DNA of 64,000 nucleotides from Opitutaceae bacterium (GCA_051252375.1 JBPOFY010000006.1:1-64000), one strand, 5' to 3'. Counted from the stretch's first letter, positions 11,075-25,307 are shown. The notes: generated by a model not told the origin, from the letters alone. Program-made: numbers and translations.

Positions 11075-11947
11075 ATGCCAGAAGAAGAAGTACAAGCAGC
11101 TGCGGAAGCAGTCGTCGCGGCTCAGCCCGCATCACAAAACACAGTGGATCAAATTATTGAAAAACTCGTTTCCTTTGGAATCAGTGCGCTTGCCGCATTG
11201 GTCATACTTATTATCGGTCTCTTTATTGCGAAGAAGGTCAAAAACTTTTTTGCCAACGCACTCAACAAAAAGGGTGTTGATGCCACATTAGTTGGTTTCT
11301 TCTCGAGCATGCTTTACGGCGCGATTGCGGTCTTCGTAGTCATCGCTGCGATTGGTAAGCTTGGTGTGCAAACCACATCGTTTGCAGCTGTGATCGCTGC
11401 AGCTGGTTTGGCGATTGGCTTGGCATTGCAAGGTTCACTTTCGAACTTTGCTTCCGGTGTCCTCCTTATTCTCTTCAAACCCTTTGTCGCTGGTAATGTG
11501 ATCAAGGCTGGTGGCGAAGTGGGTTCGGTTGTTGAAGTCGGTCTCCTGACTACAGAGCTCAAGACTCCAGACAACGTGAAGATCATCATGCCAAACTCCG
11601 CGATCATGGGCGGTTCGATCACTAACATTTCTGCACACCCAACACGTCGTATCGATATGGTTGTGGGTGTTGGCTACGGTGATGACCTCAACAAAGCAAA
11701 GCAGATCATGGAAGACTTGCTCGCTGCGGATGAGCGCGTGCTGAAGGATCCTGCAGTTACGATCGCGGTTTCTAACCTCGGTGATAGCAGCGTTGATTTC
11801 ATCGTTCGCCCTTGGGTGAATGCTGCTGATTACTGGGCTGTGAAGTTCGACTTCACAAAGGCTGTTAAGGAAGCTTTCGATGCACAAGGCATCAGCATCC
11901 CATTCCCACAGCAAGACGTGCACATGCACACTGTAAGCGCTTCGTAA
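11075..11947 (+). CDS. mscS: Small-conductance mechanosensitive channel
   Basis: Three N-terminal TM helices, AAAGLAIGLALQGSLSNFASG, GISIPFPQ. Confidence 0.93.
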   Translation: MPEEEVQAAAEAVVAAQPASQNTVDQIIEKLVSFGISALAALVILIIGLFIAKKVKNFFANALNKKGVDATLVGFFSSMLYGAIAVFVVIAAIGKLGVQTTSFAAVIAAAGLAIGLALQGSLSNFASGVLLILFKPFVAGNVIKAGGEVGSVVEVGLLTTELKTPDNVKIIMPNSAIMGGSITNISAHPTRRIDMVVGVGYGDDLNKAKQIMEDLLAADERVLKDPAVTIAVSNLGDSSVDFIVRPWVNAADYWAVKFDFTKAVKEAFDAQGISIPFPQQDVHMHTVSAS

Positions 11948-11966
11948 GTTTCGCTGTTCTAATTTC

Positions 11967-11999
11967 AAAGCCGCCGAGGGAAACTTCGGCGGCTTTTTT
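11967..11999 (+). terminator. Terminator after mscS
   Basis: aaagccgccgagg-gaaa-cttcggcggctttttt. Confidence 0.85.
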
Positions 12000-12038
12000 G
12001 TTTCCTAATTTTCCATTCCTAATGCTTAATTTCTTTGC

Positions 12039-13115
12039 ATGTCCTATATCGCGCGTATTGCAGAAAGCTGTAGCTCCATTTGTTTTTCGGATGAAGAGTT
12101 GAGGTATTACTCACGACATTTGCTTTTACCAAATATAGGGACCAATGGTCAGCGAAAGTTGAAGGACGCACATGTCTTGGTCATCGGTGCCGGCGGGCTG
12201 GGTTGTCCCGTTTTGCAGGCATTGGCGGGCGCTGGAGTGGGGCACTTGACTGTGATTGATGGAGATGCGGTGGCCGTATCGAATATTTCCCGGCAGTGGC
12301 TGCATCGTTTTACGGATGTGGGTTTGAATAAGGCAGTGTCGGCTCAGCAACAGTTGGTTGGCTTGAACCCTTATATCGAGGTCGTGCCGGTGCCCGAAAT
12401 GTTGGATTCGGCGAATGCGCGAGAATGGATCGCAGCCCACGATCTGGTGATTGATGCGACAGATGACTTGGATGTGCGCTATTTGATCGATGATGTGTGT
12501 GCCGAGTTGGAACGCCCTTGGGTGCATGCGGCGCTCTATCGCGAGAACTCTCAGTTATGTGTTTTTTGGGCGAAGTATGGTGTGCGTTTTCGGGATCTGT
12601 TTCCTGAGCCAAGTGAAGCGCCCAGTTGTGCAGGTGCAGGTATGTTGGGGGCGGTCGCAAGTGTGGTCGCGAACCTGCAAGCACTTGAGGCGATTAAATT
12701 AATCGTAGGGCAGGTTTCTCTGAAACTTGGCACCTTGATTTCGATCCATGCCGCGTCCCATCAGATCCAAGCTTTTCAGTTGCCGAGGGGTGGGGTGCCA
12801 CCGGTTATTGAAGGTGATGAATTGCCCGCGCATCTTTGGACGGTTGACCAGTGGCGGCAGGCTCAGTCTATCGGACAATCTTTGCGTGTGATCGACCTCC
12901 GTTCGCAGGCTGATTTCTCCGAAGACTCATTGCCGAGTGCGGAGCATATCACTGCAGAAGCTATTCTCGAGGAAGGATTGGCTGATGATGGCAGCGCTAA
13001 TGTGTTGCTTGTGTGCGCAGAAGGGCTGGTCAGTTCCTTGTTGGCCGATGCACTACGCAGTCGTGGGCAAACGAATGTTTTCCACCTCGAAGGTGGCTTT
13101 CAGGCTTTAGCCTAA
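12039..13115 (+). CDS. moeB: MoeB/ThiF-family adenylyltransferase with C-terminal rhodanese domain (MoeZ-like)
   Basis: YSRHLLLP, VIGAGGLG, SNISRQ, DATD, SCAGAG; rhodanese CAEGLVS..LEGG. Confidence 0.85.
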   Translation: MSYIARIAESCSSICFSDEELRYYSRHLLLPNIGTNGQRKLKDAHVLVIGAGGLGCPVLQALAGAGVGHLTVIDGDAVAVSNISRQWLHRFTDVGLNKAVSAQQQLVGLNPYIEVVPVPEMLDSANAREWIAAHDLVIDATDDLDVRYLIDDVCAELERPWVHAALYRENSQLCVFWAKYGVRFRDLFPEPSEAPSCAGAGMLGAVASVVANLQALEAIKLIVGQVSLKLGTLISIHAASHQIQAFQLPRGGVPPVIEGDELPAHLWTVDQWRQAQSIGQSLRVIDLRSQADFSEDSLPSAEHITAEAILEEGLADDGSANVLLVCAEGLVSSLLADALRSRGQTNVFHLEGGFQALA

Positions 13116-13655
13116 CTTAAGACCGAAGTCGGCTTTGGCTAAGATGTCGAAGGCCTTCTGGCTGTGGTCGAGGAGTTTCCCTAAATTGCGTAAAGTCAGT
13201 AGGCTGAAAGTGATGTCACACTCAGTGACGCAAATCTGTAGATCCAGTGCTGGGAGTTTCAGCTCAAAGGCACTGCCGTCTGGTTCGTAGTCGAGGCAGT
13301 CCGCGATTTGGGGAATGGCTTCGATGGCATCGATCTTCTCGTCGATATTAATGCTGCCATGAAAGTCGACCACTAGGGTCTCGCAGTGATGGGTGAAACA
13401 GGCGTGAAAACGCTCATCGTTTGCGATGGCCTCGTTGTGTAAGGCAACGATTTCGGTAGTGAGCACGTAATTCTTCGGATCGTCGAGACATTGATCGATT
13501 CGAATTTGAAGGTCGAAGTCGGGCGTTTTGATCGCTCCGAAACCGTCTTCGCAGGTGTAGGCAAACTCTTTGCGCTTATACCCAAATAGGCTCCTTATAT
13601 CGGTGTAAAGACGGTCCGTCGCAGCTTTCACATCCTCATGCCCAATTTTTCGCAC
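13107..13655 (-). CDS. Hypothetical protein; true start uncertain because the frame is open to 13835 without ATG/GTG/TTG
   Basis: 182-aa ORF with globular composition, convergent with moeB. Confidence 0.65.
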   Translation of the reverse strand: MRKIGHEDVKAATDRLYTDIRSLFGYKRKEFAYTCEDGFGAIKTPDFDLQIRIDQCLDDPKNYVLTTEIVALHNEAIANDERFHACFTHHCETLVVDFHGSINIDEKIDAIEAIPQIADCLDYEPDGSAFELKLPALDLQICVTECDITFSLLTLRNLGKLLDHSQKAFDILAKADFGLKLG

Positions 13656-13931
13656 AAATGCCTGAGCGGCCGCGTGCTGACCATCTGGGACATGATGACT
13701 CTTCAGGTAGCCGGAAAGTTTACGGATACGGCCAGTTGCAGAGCCTGTGATCCGACTTTGTTGCTGTTCTGGAGAGTCTGAATGTGGTGTATTGATGGTA
13801 GGAAATTGGTCATCCCGATGCTGAAGTTCAATATTTCATCTCCTGATATTGCATCTATCTGTAAATAGTGTGCTTTTCCCTTTACAAAACAGGGGGAAGC
13901 CTATGTTTTCCGTCTCTTTCCCAAATTTCTC

Positions 13932-14123
13932 ATGCAGAAAACCAAAAAATCCATCGCCAAACGTTTCAAAGTAACAGGAACAGGTAAACTCATGCGTCGC
14001 ACGCCTGGGCATCGCCACCTCCTTCGTACTAAGAGTGTAAAGCAACGCCGTCGTGCAGGTAACAGTAAATTGGTCGCTCCTGGCCAACGTGCTAACCTAA
14101 TTCGTGGTTTGCCTTTCGCTTAA
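13932..14123 (+). CDS. rpmI: 50S ribosomal protein L35
   Basis: KTKKSIAKRFKVTGTGK..HLL. Confidence 0.97.
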   Translation: MQKTKKSIAKRFKVTGTGKLMRRTPGHRHLLRTKSVKQRRRAGNSKLVAPGQRANLIRGLPFA

Positions 14124-14213
14124 ATCGAATCGTTTGACAACTAAAACTCTGCCAGTCGGGTAACATGAAAATGGGCGACCCGACGGCTACTAAATCGAGA
14201 GATATAAAATAAC

Positions 14214-14573
14214 ATGCCTAGAGCAACCAATGGTCCTGCTACATTAGCACGCCGCAAAAAAGTTCTGAAGAAAGCCAAAGGCTACTTCGGTAACAAATCA
14301 CGTCTTTTCCGTTACGCAAAAGACGCCGTCGATCGCGCGGAAGTTTACGCTTACCGCGACCGCCGCAAAAAGAAGTCCGAGTTCCGTCAACTCTGGATCG
14401 TTCGTATCAATGCAATCTGCCGTAACAACGGTATCAACTATAGCCGTTTCATCCGTGGTATCAAAGCTGCGGGTATCGAGATGGATCGCAAACAGCTCTC
14501 TGAGCTCGCGATTCACGACGAGACAGCCTTCTTGACATTGATCGAAAAAGCCAAAGAAGCGAACGCCGCTTAA
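14214..14573 (+). CDS. rplT: 50S ribosomal protein L20
   Basis: [33 protein letters not shown]. Confidence 0.98.
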   Translation: MPRATNGPATLARRKKVLKKAKGYFGNKSRLFRYAKDAVDRAEVYAYRDRRKKKSEFRQLWIVRINAICRNNGINYSRFIRGIKAAGIEMDRKQLSELAIHDETAFLTLIEKAKEANAA

Positions 14574-14596
14574 AGACCGGACAATCAGTCTTTCCG

Positions 14597-14632
14597 AAAG
14601 GTCGATCCTCATAAAGAGGGTCGGCCTTTTTT
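14597..14632 (+). terminator. Terminator after rplT
   Basis: aaaggtcgatcctc-ataaa-gagggtcggcctttttt. Confidence 0.8.
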
Positions 14633-14695
14633 GTGGGCGTTTACCAACTCGGTTTTCAACTCGCTATGAACGATCTAGCCGACTACTCTACAGGC

Positions 14696-15166
14696 ATGAA
14701 AAAATCAATCTTAGCTCTAGTCTGTTTCGTTCTCCCTTTCTCACTTATCGCTGCCGACAATACTTTTAACAGTATTCTGCGTGGAGTGCTTGCACCACCA
14801 GTTGGAGAAGCGCCGGCCGTCCAGGCACAACCTGTGGCACAAGTGGTTCGCGAGTATCCGTTCAATCCAGACTATCCGAATGTATACTTGGGCGACAATG
14901 GCTCACAGGAGCAGTCGATCTTCATTGAGTTGATCATGTATGGTCAGACTCAGCAGGGGCACCAGCACTTTGTCGTTCTGAGTGGTATGTCTTCGCAGGG
15001 CTATTTCCAAAAGAAGATCAACTTCCCAGATCTTGAAGCAATGCTACATTTTCAAGGCATTATGGAAGGGCAGCAATACGACCGCATTTATTTCTACAAG
15101 GATGGGGCGAACGCGGCCGACTATACTTTGCTCGCAAAGCCACGTCGCGCGATTCCTCGGATGTAG
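14696..15166 (+). CDS. Hypothetical secreted protein
   Basis: Signal peptide MKKSILALVCFVLPFSLIAA; 156 aa. Confidence 0.7.
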   Translation: MKKSILALVCFVLPFSLIAADNTFNSILRGVLAPPVGEAPAVQAQPVAQVVREYPFNPDYPNVYLGDNGSQEQSIFIELIMYGQTQQGHQHFVVLSGMSSQGYFQKKINFPDLEAMLHFQGIMEGQQYDRIYFYKDGANAADYTLLAKPRRAIPRM

Positions 15167-15295
15167 GGATTCCGTCCTGCGCTAAGTCTGAAGGGCGCTT
15201 GCCTGTCCCGAGCTGGGTGAATGGATGTGTGCCTCTCATACGTATAGATTAACCACTGATATTGATAGCCGCAAAAAAGGCACAGGAAGCACAAA

Positions 15296-15336
15296 GGTAG
15301 CGGCGCTTGTCCCTAAGCGCCATCCGTCAGAGTCAG
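15296..15336 (+). repeat. GTAG-type REP copy
   Basis: GGTAG-cggcgctt-gtccct-aagcgcc..tcagagtcag; near-identical copy at 32235-32275. Confidence 0.75.
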
Positions 15337-15461
15337 TCCACAATCATGGTGATGTGTCCTGAGTTTGGTGGACGCATTATCTTCCAATCTACAAAAAAAC
15401 TGCGCCACTATAAGACCTGAGGTCAAACGGCAGCGCAGTTCGGAAATGTAGGTGCTACGTA

Positions 15462-17465
15462 TTAAAGCAGCGGGGCGATCACTAGACTGACGATTGCCAT
15501 CACATTGATGAGAATGTTCATGGATGGTCCGGAAGTGTCCTTGAAAGGATCACCCACGGTATCGCCAACCACGCAGGCGCGGTGAGCATCAGAGTTTTTA
15601 CCGCCGTAGTTACCTTGTTCGACGTATTTTTTGGCATTGTCCCATGCGCCGCCGCTATTGGCCATCATCAGGGCGAGGAGCACGCCGCTGAGCAGCGCAC
15701 CGATCAGCGCACCGCCTAGTGTGGCGGGACCGAAACCGAAGCCGATGACGACGGGTGCAAAAATCGCGATCGAGGCGGGGAGGATCATACGCTTGAGTGC
15801 CGCGTTGGTGGCGATGTCCACGCAACGGTTGGAGTCAGGCTTAGCCTTGCCTTCAAGTATGCCGGGGATTTCCCGGAACTGGCGGCGAATTTCTTCGATC
15901 ATTTCTTGAGCCGCATCACCCACGGCATCCATTGTAATCGCGGCGACTAAGAAGGGGCACAAGCCTCCAAGGAAGACGCCTGTTAGCACTTGTGGATCGG
16001 AAAGTAGCAGCATGAATCCCTCGTGGTGTGACTTCACGACATTCACATAGGCTGCAATGATTGCGAGTGCGGCCAAAGAAGCTGCGCCAATGGCAAAGCC
16101 TTTGCCGATCGCTGCGGTAGTGTTGCCCACTTCATCGAGTGAATCGGTGATCTCGCGAACCTCTTTGCCGAGGCCAGCCATTTGTGCGATGCCGCCAGCG
16201 TTGTCAGCAATGGGGCCATACGCGTCGATACTCATGGTAATACCAATTGTGGCGAGCATGCCGACAGCGGCGATACCCACGCCATAAAGTCCAGCCATCG
16301 TGCTGGCTGCTAGTAGCACGATGGCTACCAAAAACAGTGGTATTGCGACCGATTGCAAACCCACGGCCATGCCGCGAATCATCACCGTGGCGACACCCGT
16401 TAAGCCAGCTTTGGCAATGGAGCGCATGGGACGACCGCCAGTATAATACTCAGTGGATAAACCAATGAGTATGCCACCAACAGAGCCGGAGATGACGCAG
16501 AACCAGACCTTCATCGAAATGCCCAGTCCAGTGACCACGCCAATTGCCGCCAAGATAAAGATTAGTGCGGCGCCCATCGTCCCGGTGCGAAGCGCACGGG
16601 CGGGGTCCTTTGAAGAGGATAGCCATACGATACCGATGCCCATGAATGAGCAAAGCAAACCAACTGCTGCGAGCGCGAGTGGAAGAAAGATCAATGCATG
16701 CGAGTTGCCGCCCAATGTGTCTACTTGAGCCAGCGCCAGCGTCGCAGCAATCGCCATCGATGCGATCATCGCGTTACAATACGACTCAAAGAGGTCCGAA
16801 CCCATACCGGCAACGTCGCCGACATTATCGCCAACATTATCGGCGATCACGCCGGGGTTGCGTGGGTCATCCTCTGGGATTCCAGCTTCAACTTTGCCGA
16901 CGAGGTCGGCACCCACATCGGCTGCTTTGGTGAAGATACCGCCACCAATACGAAAGAAAATGGCTACGAGCGATCCACCCATTGCAAAGCCGTGAATGAT
17001 ATGGATGTCATGCTCGCCCTTGCCGAAGAAGAGGAAGAGTCCACCTACGCCAATCAAGCCCATCGATGCCACGGTAAGCCCCATGATTGAGCCACCAAAG
17101 AATGCTGTCGTTAGCGCTTTGGCTGCACCATGCTCGCTGGCTGCGAGTGCGGTGCGCACATTGGCTTTGGTGGCGGTAAACATGCCGATCACACCCGCGA
17201 GGGAGGAACATAATGCACCAAAAAAGAAGGCCATGGATTCAAAGGGGTCTTTAAAGAAAAGCAGTCCGCCGACGAGGATAGTGAACCCTACGAGCAGTTT
17301 GATTTCTCGGCGCATGAAGATCATGGCACCGGAGTGGATTTGTTCAGCGATATCGGCGACTTCACCTTCGCCGCCGGATTGCTGCATGATTTTTCGAAAG
17401 ATAAGTGCAGCGACGATTAGCCCCACCAAACCGAGGGTGGGGACGAGGATTTCAATGAGATTCAT
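15462..17465 (-). CDS. hppA: Membrane-integral pyrophosphatase, K+-stimulated, probably Na+-translocating
   Basis: [34 protein letters not shown] (Ala = K+-dependent type), [14 protein letters not shown]. Confidence 0.95.
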   Translation of the reverse strand: MNLIEILVPTLGLVGLIVAALIFRKIMQQSGGEGEVADIAEQIHSGAMIFMRREIKLLVGFTILVGGLLFFKDPFESMAFFFGALCSSLAGVIGMFTATKANVRTALAASEHGAAKALTTAFFGGSIMGLTVASMGLIGVGGLFLFFGKGEHDIHIIHGFAMGGSLVAIFFRIGGGIFTKAADVGADLVGKVEAGIPEDDPRNPGVIADNVGDNVGDVAGMGSDLFESYCNAMIASMAIAATLALAQVDTLGGNSHALIFLPLALAAVGLLCSFMGIGIVWLSSSKDPARALRTGTMGAALIFILAAIGVVTGLGISMKVWFCVISGSVGGILIGLSTEYYTGGRPMRSIAKAGLTGVATVMIRGMAVGLQSVAIPLFLVAIVLLAASTMAGLYGVGIAAVGMLATIGITMSIDAYGPIADNAGGIAQMAGLGKEVREITDSLDEVGNTTAAIGKGFAIGAASLAALAIIAAYVNVVKSHHEGFMLLLSDPQVLTGVFLGGLCPFLVAAITMDAVGDAAQEMIEEIRRQFREIPGILEGKAKPDSNRCVDIATNAALKRMILPASIAIFAPVVIGFGFGPATLGGALIGALLSGVLLALMMANSGGAWDNAKKYVEQGNYGGKNSDAHRACVVGDTVGDPFKDTSGPSMNILINVMAIVSLVIAPLL

Positions 17466-17508
17466 ATAATGGGGAAGTGGTGGAAATAGTTAGTAGATTG
17501 GTAGGTAG

Positions 17509-18282
17509 TTAGTAGCGTTCTATTTTCGTCGCGGAATTCCACCAACGATTGTGGGTGCCAAGTAGTTCATCTTCGCTCGGCATCGGGTAGAATAGAAATT
17601 CATTTTGATCACCAATATAGAAGCCACCGTTGACCATGAAGAAGATGATCTCTGGGCGCATTCCACGTCGCTCGATCTTTGTTTTCTTACCGTCTTCCTC
17701 ATCCAAGGAAACGAGGCAGTCCCGTAGATGGTTGATCGAGGGGTAGGGCATGTCGCCCGCTTCGCCATTTGCGGGATCTTCCGCTAAAGCGCCCAGCTTC
17801 ATATCTGCAAAAGCGATTTTCGGCATGTAGAGCGGGTTGCTCTCGTTGGTCACATAATCGCAAAAGGCCTTCGGCTCCAATGTCGATACCACACGTGGGC
17901 TGACCGGGCAAATTTCCTGGTAAAGGAAGCGAGCACCATCAGAGGCTTTATATTCACTTTTTTTCAGAGTGAGGACCAAGCCATCTTTGGTGGCGAGATG
18001 CAGATCGCCTAAGGCGCTTAGTGGCACGCGTTCAAGTGCGCGATAAACGGAGACATAGGCCGAGTGGCGCGGACTCCCATCATCGTGTGGCACGCAACGC
18101 GATCGAGCCACATCCATTTGTATGCCTTCGATGTCGATCGTGGGATCGACCTCTAGAAAGATAGCGTGCGAGCTGGATTGTTTTTTATCTCCGATTGCGA
18201 GGTATCTTCCGAATTGCTCTGGATCGAGCATGGAAAAAATCAGCGCCTCCGGGGTGAAGGAGAGATACAGGTGTTGTGACAT
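17509..18282 (-). CDS. Hypothetical cytoplasmic protein, probably co-transcribed with hppA
   Basis: 257-aa ORF ending 43 nt upstream of hppA on the same strand. Confidence 0.8.
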   Translation of the reverse strand: MSQHLYLSFTPEALIFSMLDPEQFGRYLAIGDKKQSSSHAIFLEVDPTIDIEGIQMDVARSRCVPHDDGSPRHSAYVSVYRALERVPLSALGDLHLATKDGLVLTLKKSEYKASDGARFLYQEICPVSPRVVSTLEPKAFCDYVTNESNPLYMPKIAFADMKLGALAEDPANGEAGDMPYPSINHLRDCLVSLDEEDGKKTKIERRGMRPEIIFFMVNGGFYIGDQNEFLFYPMPSEDELLGTHNRWWNSATKIERY

Positions 18283-18466
18283 GATAAGAACAGAATCGAG
18301 CGGTAAGATGGCGGGGTTGCCATGGGGTATTTACTGACGATACTAATAACAAGCAGCCTTTTGCAGCCTGCGACAATTTTAAAATGCCTGTATAGGTAAT
18401 ATAGCGCCAGAAGTGTGATATATCTTTGTGATCGCATGCAGTCTTGATCCTTCGCAAAAAGGGAGC

Positions 18467-18835
18467 ATGGACCCTGTCATCATTCCCGAGAATCTTGAGC
18501 GTGAATTCTATACTGAAGAAAAGTGCTATATCGCCGAGTTGTCGAACTCGTCAGCCGATCCAGATGTTTCAATTGCTCGCGCAAGGGTAGCGCCTGGTGT
18601 GACGACGCGGTTGCATCGACTTTCAAAATCGTTTGAGCGTTACGTCATTTTGAGTGGGACGGGCGAGGTCGAAGTCGGAGAACTGCCCCAGCAGACGGTT
18701 CGATCTGGCGATGTGGTCTTGATACCACCGATGTGTCCGCAGCGCATAAAAAATATCGGCAAGGACGATCTGATTTTTCTCGCGATCTGTAGTCCTAGGT
18801 TTTCGGAGGAGGATTACGAAGACATCGATACGTGA
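18467..18835 (+). CDS. Cupin domain protein
   Basis: VAPGVTTRLH..ERYVILSGTG..GDVVLIPP. Confidence 0.88.
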   Translation: MDPVIIPENLEREFYTEEKCYIAELSNSSADPDVSIARARVAPGVTTRLHRLSKSFERYVILSGTGEVEVGELPQQTVRSGDVVLIPPMCPQRIKNIGKDDLIFLAICSPRFSEEDYEDIDT

Positions 18836-18877
18836 TTTCGGAATCGCTGAAGGGCGATTATTCGCCAGCCCAATTTA

Positions 18878-19687
18878 TTAAAAAAGGCTGCCGAATAGCA
18901 TGAGCAAACCGGCGAAGGCCAACCACATGACTGCGATGGAAACGAGGCGGGCGGTGATTGCGATCTTGATCGCGGTGGCCCATTCGCGAACATCCGTCAT
19001 TTGACGAATGAGTAAGAGTAGTAAAATGAAGCTCAGACCATTGCGGACAGGGCTGAAAATGCCGGCGTGAATGATATAGTCGACTATCGCACCGCCTAGG
19101 GCGACTGCCATGCTGAGTAGGACCAATTGACGCCAGAGGGCAGGGAACCCACTCATGCTGAAAGCAATCTTCAGCACGATTAGAGTAATCACGACTTCGA
19201 TAATGAATCCGATCAGAATATTAATCAGACGCTCATTTTCGCTTTCAGGAACATTGTCGGGTTCAGAATCATATCGATTGATTGAATGTTCCAACTCGTC
19301 GGCCATTTGCGAGTATTTGTAACCTTCCTCGAGGCTTTCCATTGAGGTGTCTTCGTTCAAGGTGGTCTCTCCGATGGTTTGCACGCTTCGCATGACTGGT
19401 AGATCCACCTTCAAAATAGGTGCGCTCTCGGTGACGACCGCTGGTGCCTCTACTTTGCTCGCAGGAGCAGGTAGGCTGATGCCGTCAGCAGAGACCAAGG
19501 CACCATTCATGAAAACCAATTGCCCCTCTTTTTCGTAATTATAGATGGTCTTACCTCCGGCGCTGAGCTCGGAGATAGGCTTGCCCAGCTCTCTCTCCAC
19601 CTGTTTCGGTGTCATCCCCTGGGTGAGGGCAGAAACGGGGCAGACGAGGCAGAAAAGTAGTAAAAAGAGGGGGTAGACAACTTTCAT
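18878..19687 (-). CDS. Hypothetical membrane protein (signal peptide, small exported domain, four C-terminal TM helices)
   Basis: GMTPKQVERELGKP (BamE/SmpA-like) followed by hydrophobic helices. Confidence 0.75.
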   Translation of the reverse strand: MKVVYPLFLLLFCLVCPVSALTQGMTPKQVERELGKPISELSAGGKTIYNYEKEGQLVFMNGALVSADGISLPAPASKVEAPAVVTESAPILKVDLPVMRSVQTIGETTLNEDTSMESLEEGYKYSQMADELEHSINRYDSEPDNVPESENERLINILIGFIIEVVITLIVLKIAFSMSGFPALWRQLVLLSMAVALGGAIVDYIIHAGIFSPVRNGLSFILLLLLIRQMTDVREWATAIKIAITARLVSIAVMWLAFAGLLMLFGSLF

Positions 19688-19749
19688 GAAGCTCCACCTT
19701 GCCAGCTTTTCGCGTTACGACCAGAGGAAAGTTTTGCGAGATGCGGGAT

Positions 19750-21837
<2,088 letters not shown>

Positions 21838-22068
21838 GTATAGATCTTTCGAAAGTCAGTAAAAGGAATGATTTGGAGGAAGGCCAATTCGGGCAGTGGT
21901 TCAAGTAGAATCCTAAAGGAGCTGTAAATTCGTTGAGATATAGGGTGGGGATGCGGGATAGTTTTCTGTTCTGTATCTGGGGTAATAGATGAAAATACTT
22001 TTTTGAATAATTTTCGTGCTTATGTCGTTTTTGCTTATCTTGCGCGTGTTTCTTGCTAGGCTTCAAAT

Positions 22069-23874
<1,806 letters not shown>

Positions 23875-23876
23875 AC

Positions 23877-23910
23877 AAAAAGACCACGTAGCGATACGTG
23901 GTCTTTTTTT
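23877..23910. terminator. Bidirectional-type terminator after pckG
   Basis: aaaaagaccacgta-gcga-tacgtggtcttttttt. Confidence 0.85.
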
Positions 23911-23937
23911 ATGGATGTGGATCAGTGATGGCTCTGG

Positions 23938-24170
23938 AAGGTAGTGCCATTCGGGACAGTGCTGCGCTACCTTTCACGTCACAGAGTGACGTGGCTACAG
24001 CATTCGTTTAATTGCTTGTATGGGATTGTCGCAGCTAAATTTGTAGCCACGGCAGTCTCTGCCGTGTTCTCAGTGGAATGACGGAGCATTGCCCTCCAAA
24101 TCAAATTACATATATCATTTCTGTATTTACGCTTAAGGTAGTGCCATTCGAGACGACCGTTCGGCCACAT
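23938..24170. repeat. Mosaic REP cluster
   Basis: Several GTAG/CTAC-anchored hairpins; 24077-24148 recurs at 49898-49969 (65/72 identical by eye). Confidence 0.75.
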
Positions 24171-24189
24171 GGGATATCGAACATCAAAA

Positions 24190-24900
24190 CTATGCGTTCA
24201 GCGCTGCCCATTTGCTGTTGATTGCCGCAACTAAAATCTCGACGACTTCTTCGTCTTTGAGTTTGTCGGTGTTGATGGTGAGATCGTAGCTCATGGAATT
24301 ATCGATGTCGGATTTGAAGTGTTGCTTGATGTAATTTTTGCGTGCGGTGTCCTCTTCTTTTATGAATTTGAGTGCTTCGCCGGCAGACATGCCGTGTTTC
24401 ACCATTTGTGCTATACGTGCTTCTTCTGAACCGATGAGTCTTACTTTTAAGACATTTGAGAATCCATGAGTGATGAGGTTCCCGCCACGACCGACGATGA
24501 TGCTGTGCCCCATGTGGCTTAGGCGGACGATGGTGCGCACCGTTTTCTCAAAGAGTGACCACAGCGAAGGGTGACGTCCGAGTATTTCGTTGATAGAGCC
24601 TTCAACTTCGCTGACTGCGTCGTCGGGCATGAATTTCTCAAGGTCGAGTGGGAGATTGTTGTCTTCGAGTATTTGTTTGACGAGGTCGTCGTCGAACAGT
24701 GCCCATGGAAATGAGTCGTTGGGTGTTTCGGCGTTAAGTGAGGCTTGTAGCTTTTTACCAATCGTTCTCCCGCGCGCACCGGTTTGTCGAGAAATGGTAA
24801 TAGAGGGGGATCGCGCGGAGTGTTTGTGTAACGAAGGCTTGTGGTGCAACTGTGCGGCGACATAGCCGCGGCATTGGGATAAGTTGGAGTGTATATTCAT
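24190..24900 (-). CDS. Cytidylate-kinase-like family protein
   Basis: ITISRQTGARG, IIVGRGG, YDLTINT. Confidence 0.85.
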   Translation of the reverse strand: MNIHSNLSQCRGYVAAQLHHKPSLHKHSARSPSITISRQTGARGRTIGKKLQASLNAETPNDSFPWALFDDDLVKQILEDNNLPLDLEKFMPDDAVSEVEGSINEILGRHPSLWSLFEKTVRTIVRLSHMGHSIIVGRGGNLITHGFSNVLKVRLIGSEEARIAQMVKHGMSAGEALKFIKEEDTARKNYIKQHFKSDIDNSMSYDLTINTDKLKDEEVVEILVAAINSKWAALNA

Positions 24901-25122
24901 GATTACCTGCTTTTTATGGTTATTTATCTTGTGAGTTTATGGGCATAACCCCTCGCTTCGAAAGCAAGGAAATCCTAGCTGTTTCCCACTCGGTTGGCAA
25001 GTGCTATATCTGGTAAGCTTGAACTCTTAGGCGTAATTATTTGGGTTCATCGTCGAATAGCGGGAAGAGCATAGATGGCTGCTAAGCTGAGTGTGTGTCA
25101 TGGTTTGCCAATGACGCAAAGA

Positions 25123-25240
25123 ACCCCTCCGTCTGAGCAATCGTCTTCGCTCTACGAGCTACGCCGTTCAAGAGCTCAGACACCTTCCCTTGGCTGGGGA
25201 GGAGTTTCAAAATTCCCCTCCTTGACGAGACGGGGTGGTG
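25123..25240. repeat. CCCCTCC-type palindromic intergenic element (degenerate)
   Basis: acccctccgtctgagc..gctcagac; ttccc..ggggagg; cccctcc..ggggtgg nested hairpins. Confidence 0.5.
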
Positions 25241-25307
25241 CCAGAAGGCGCGAATCAACTAGTTATCCCAGTCTAAGCATGCATTCCCCGTAAATGACGA
25301 TGAACCA

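Noticed and set aside
15250..15295. A-rich gccgcaaaaaaggcacaggaagcacaaa tract resembling short-period repeat flanks
   Set aside because: Single degenerate occurrence with no associated ORF; too weak to call
23938..24170. CRISPR array or IS ends
   Set aside because: No regular repeat-spacer period, cas genes or transposase; fits REP mosaics
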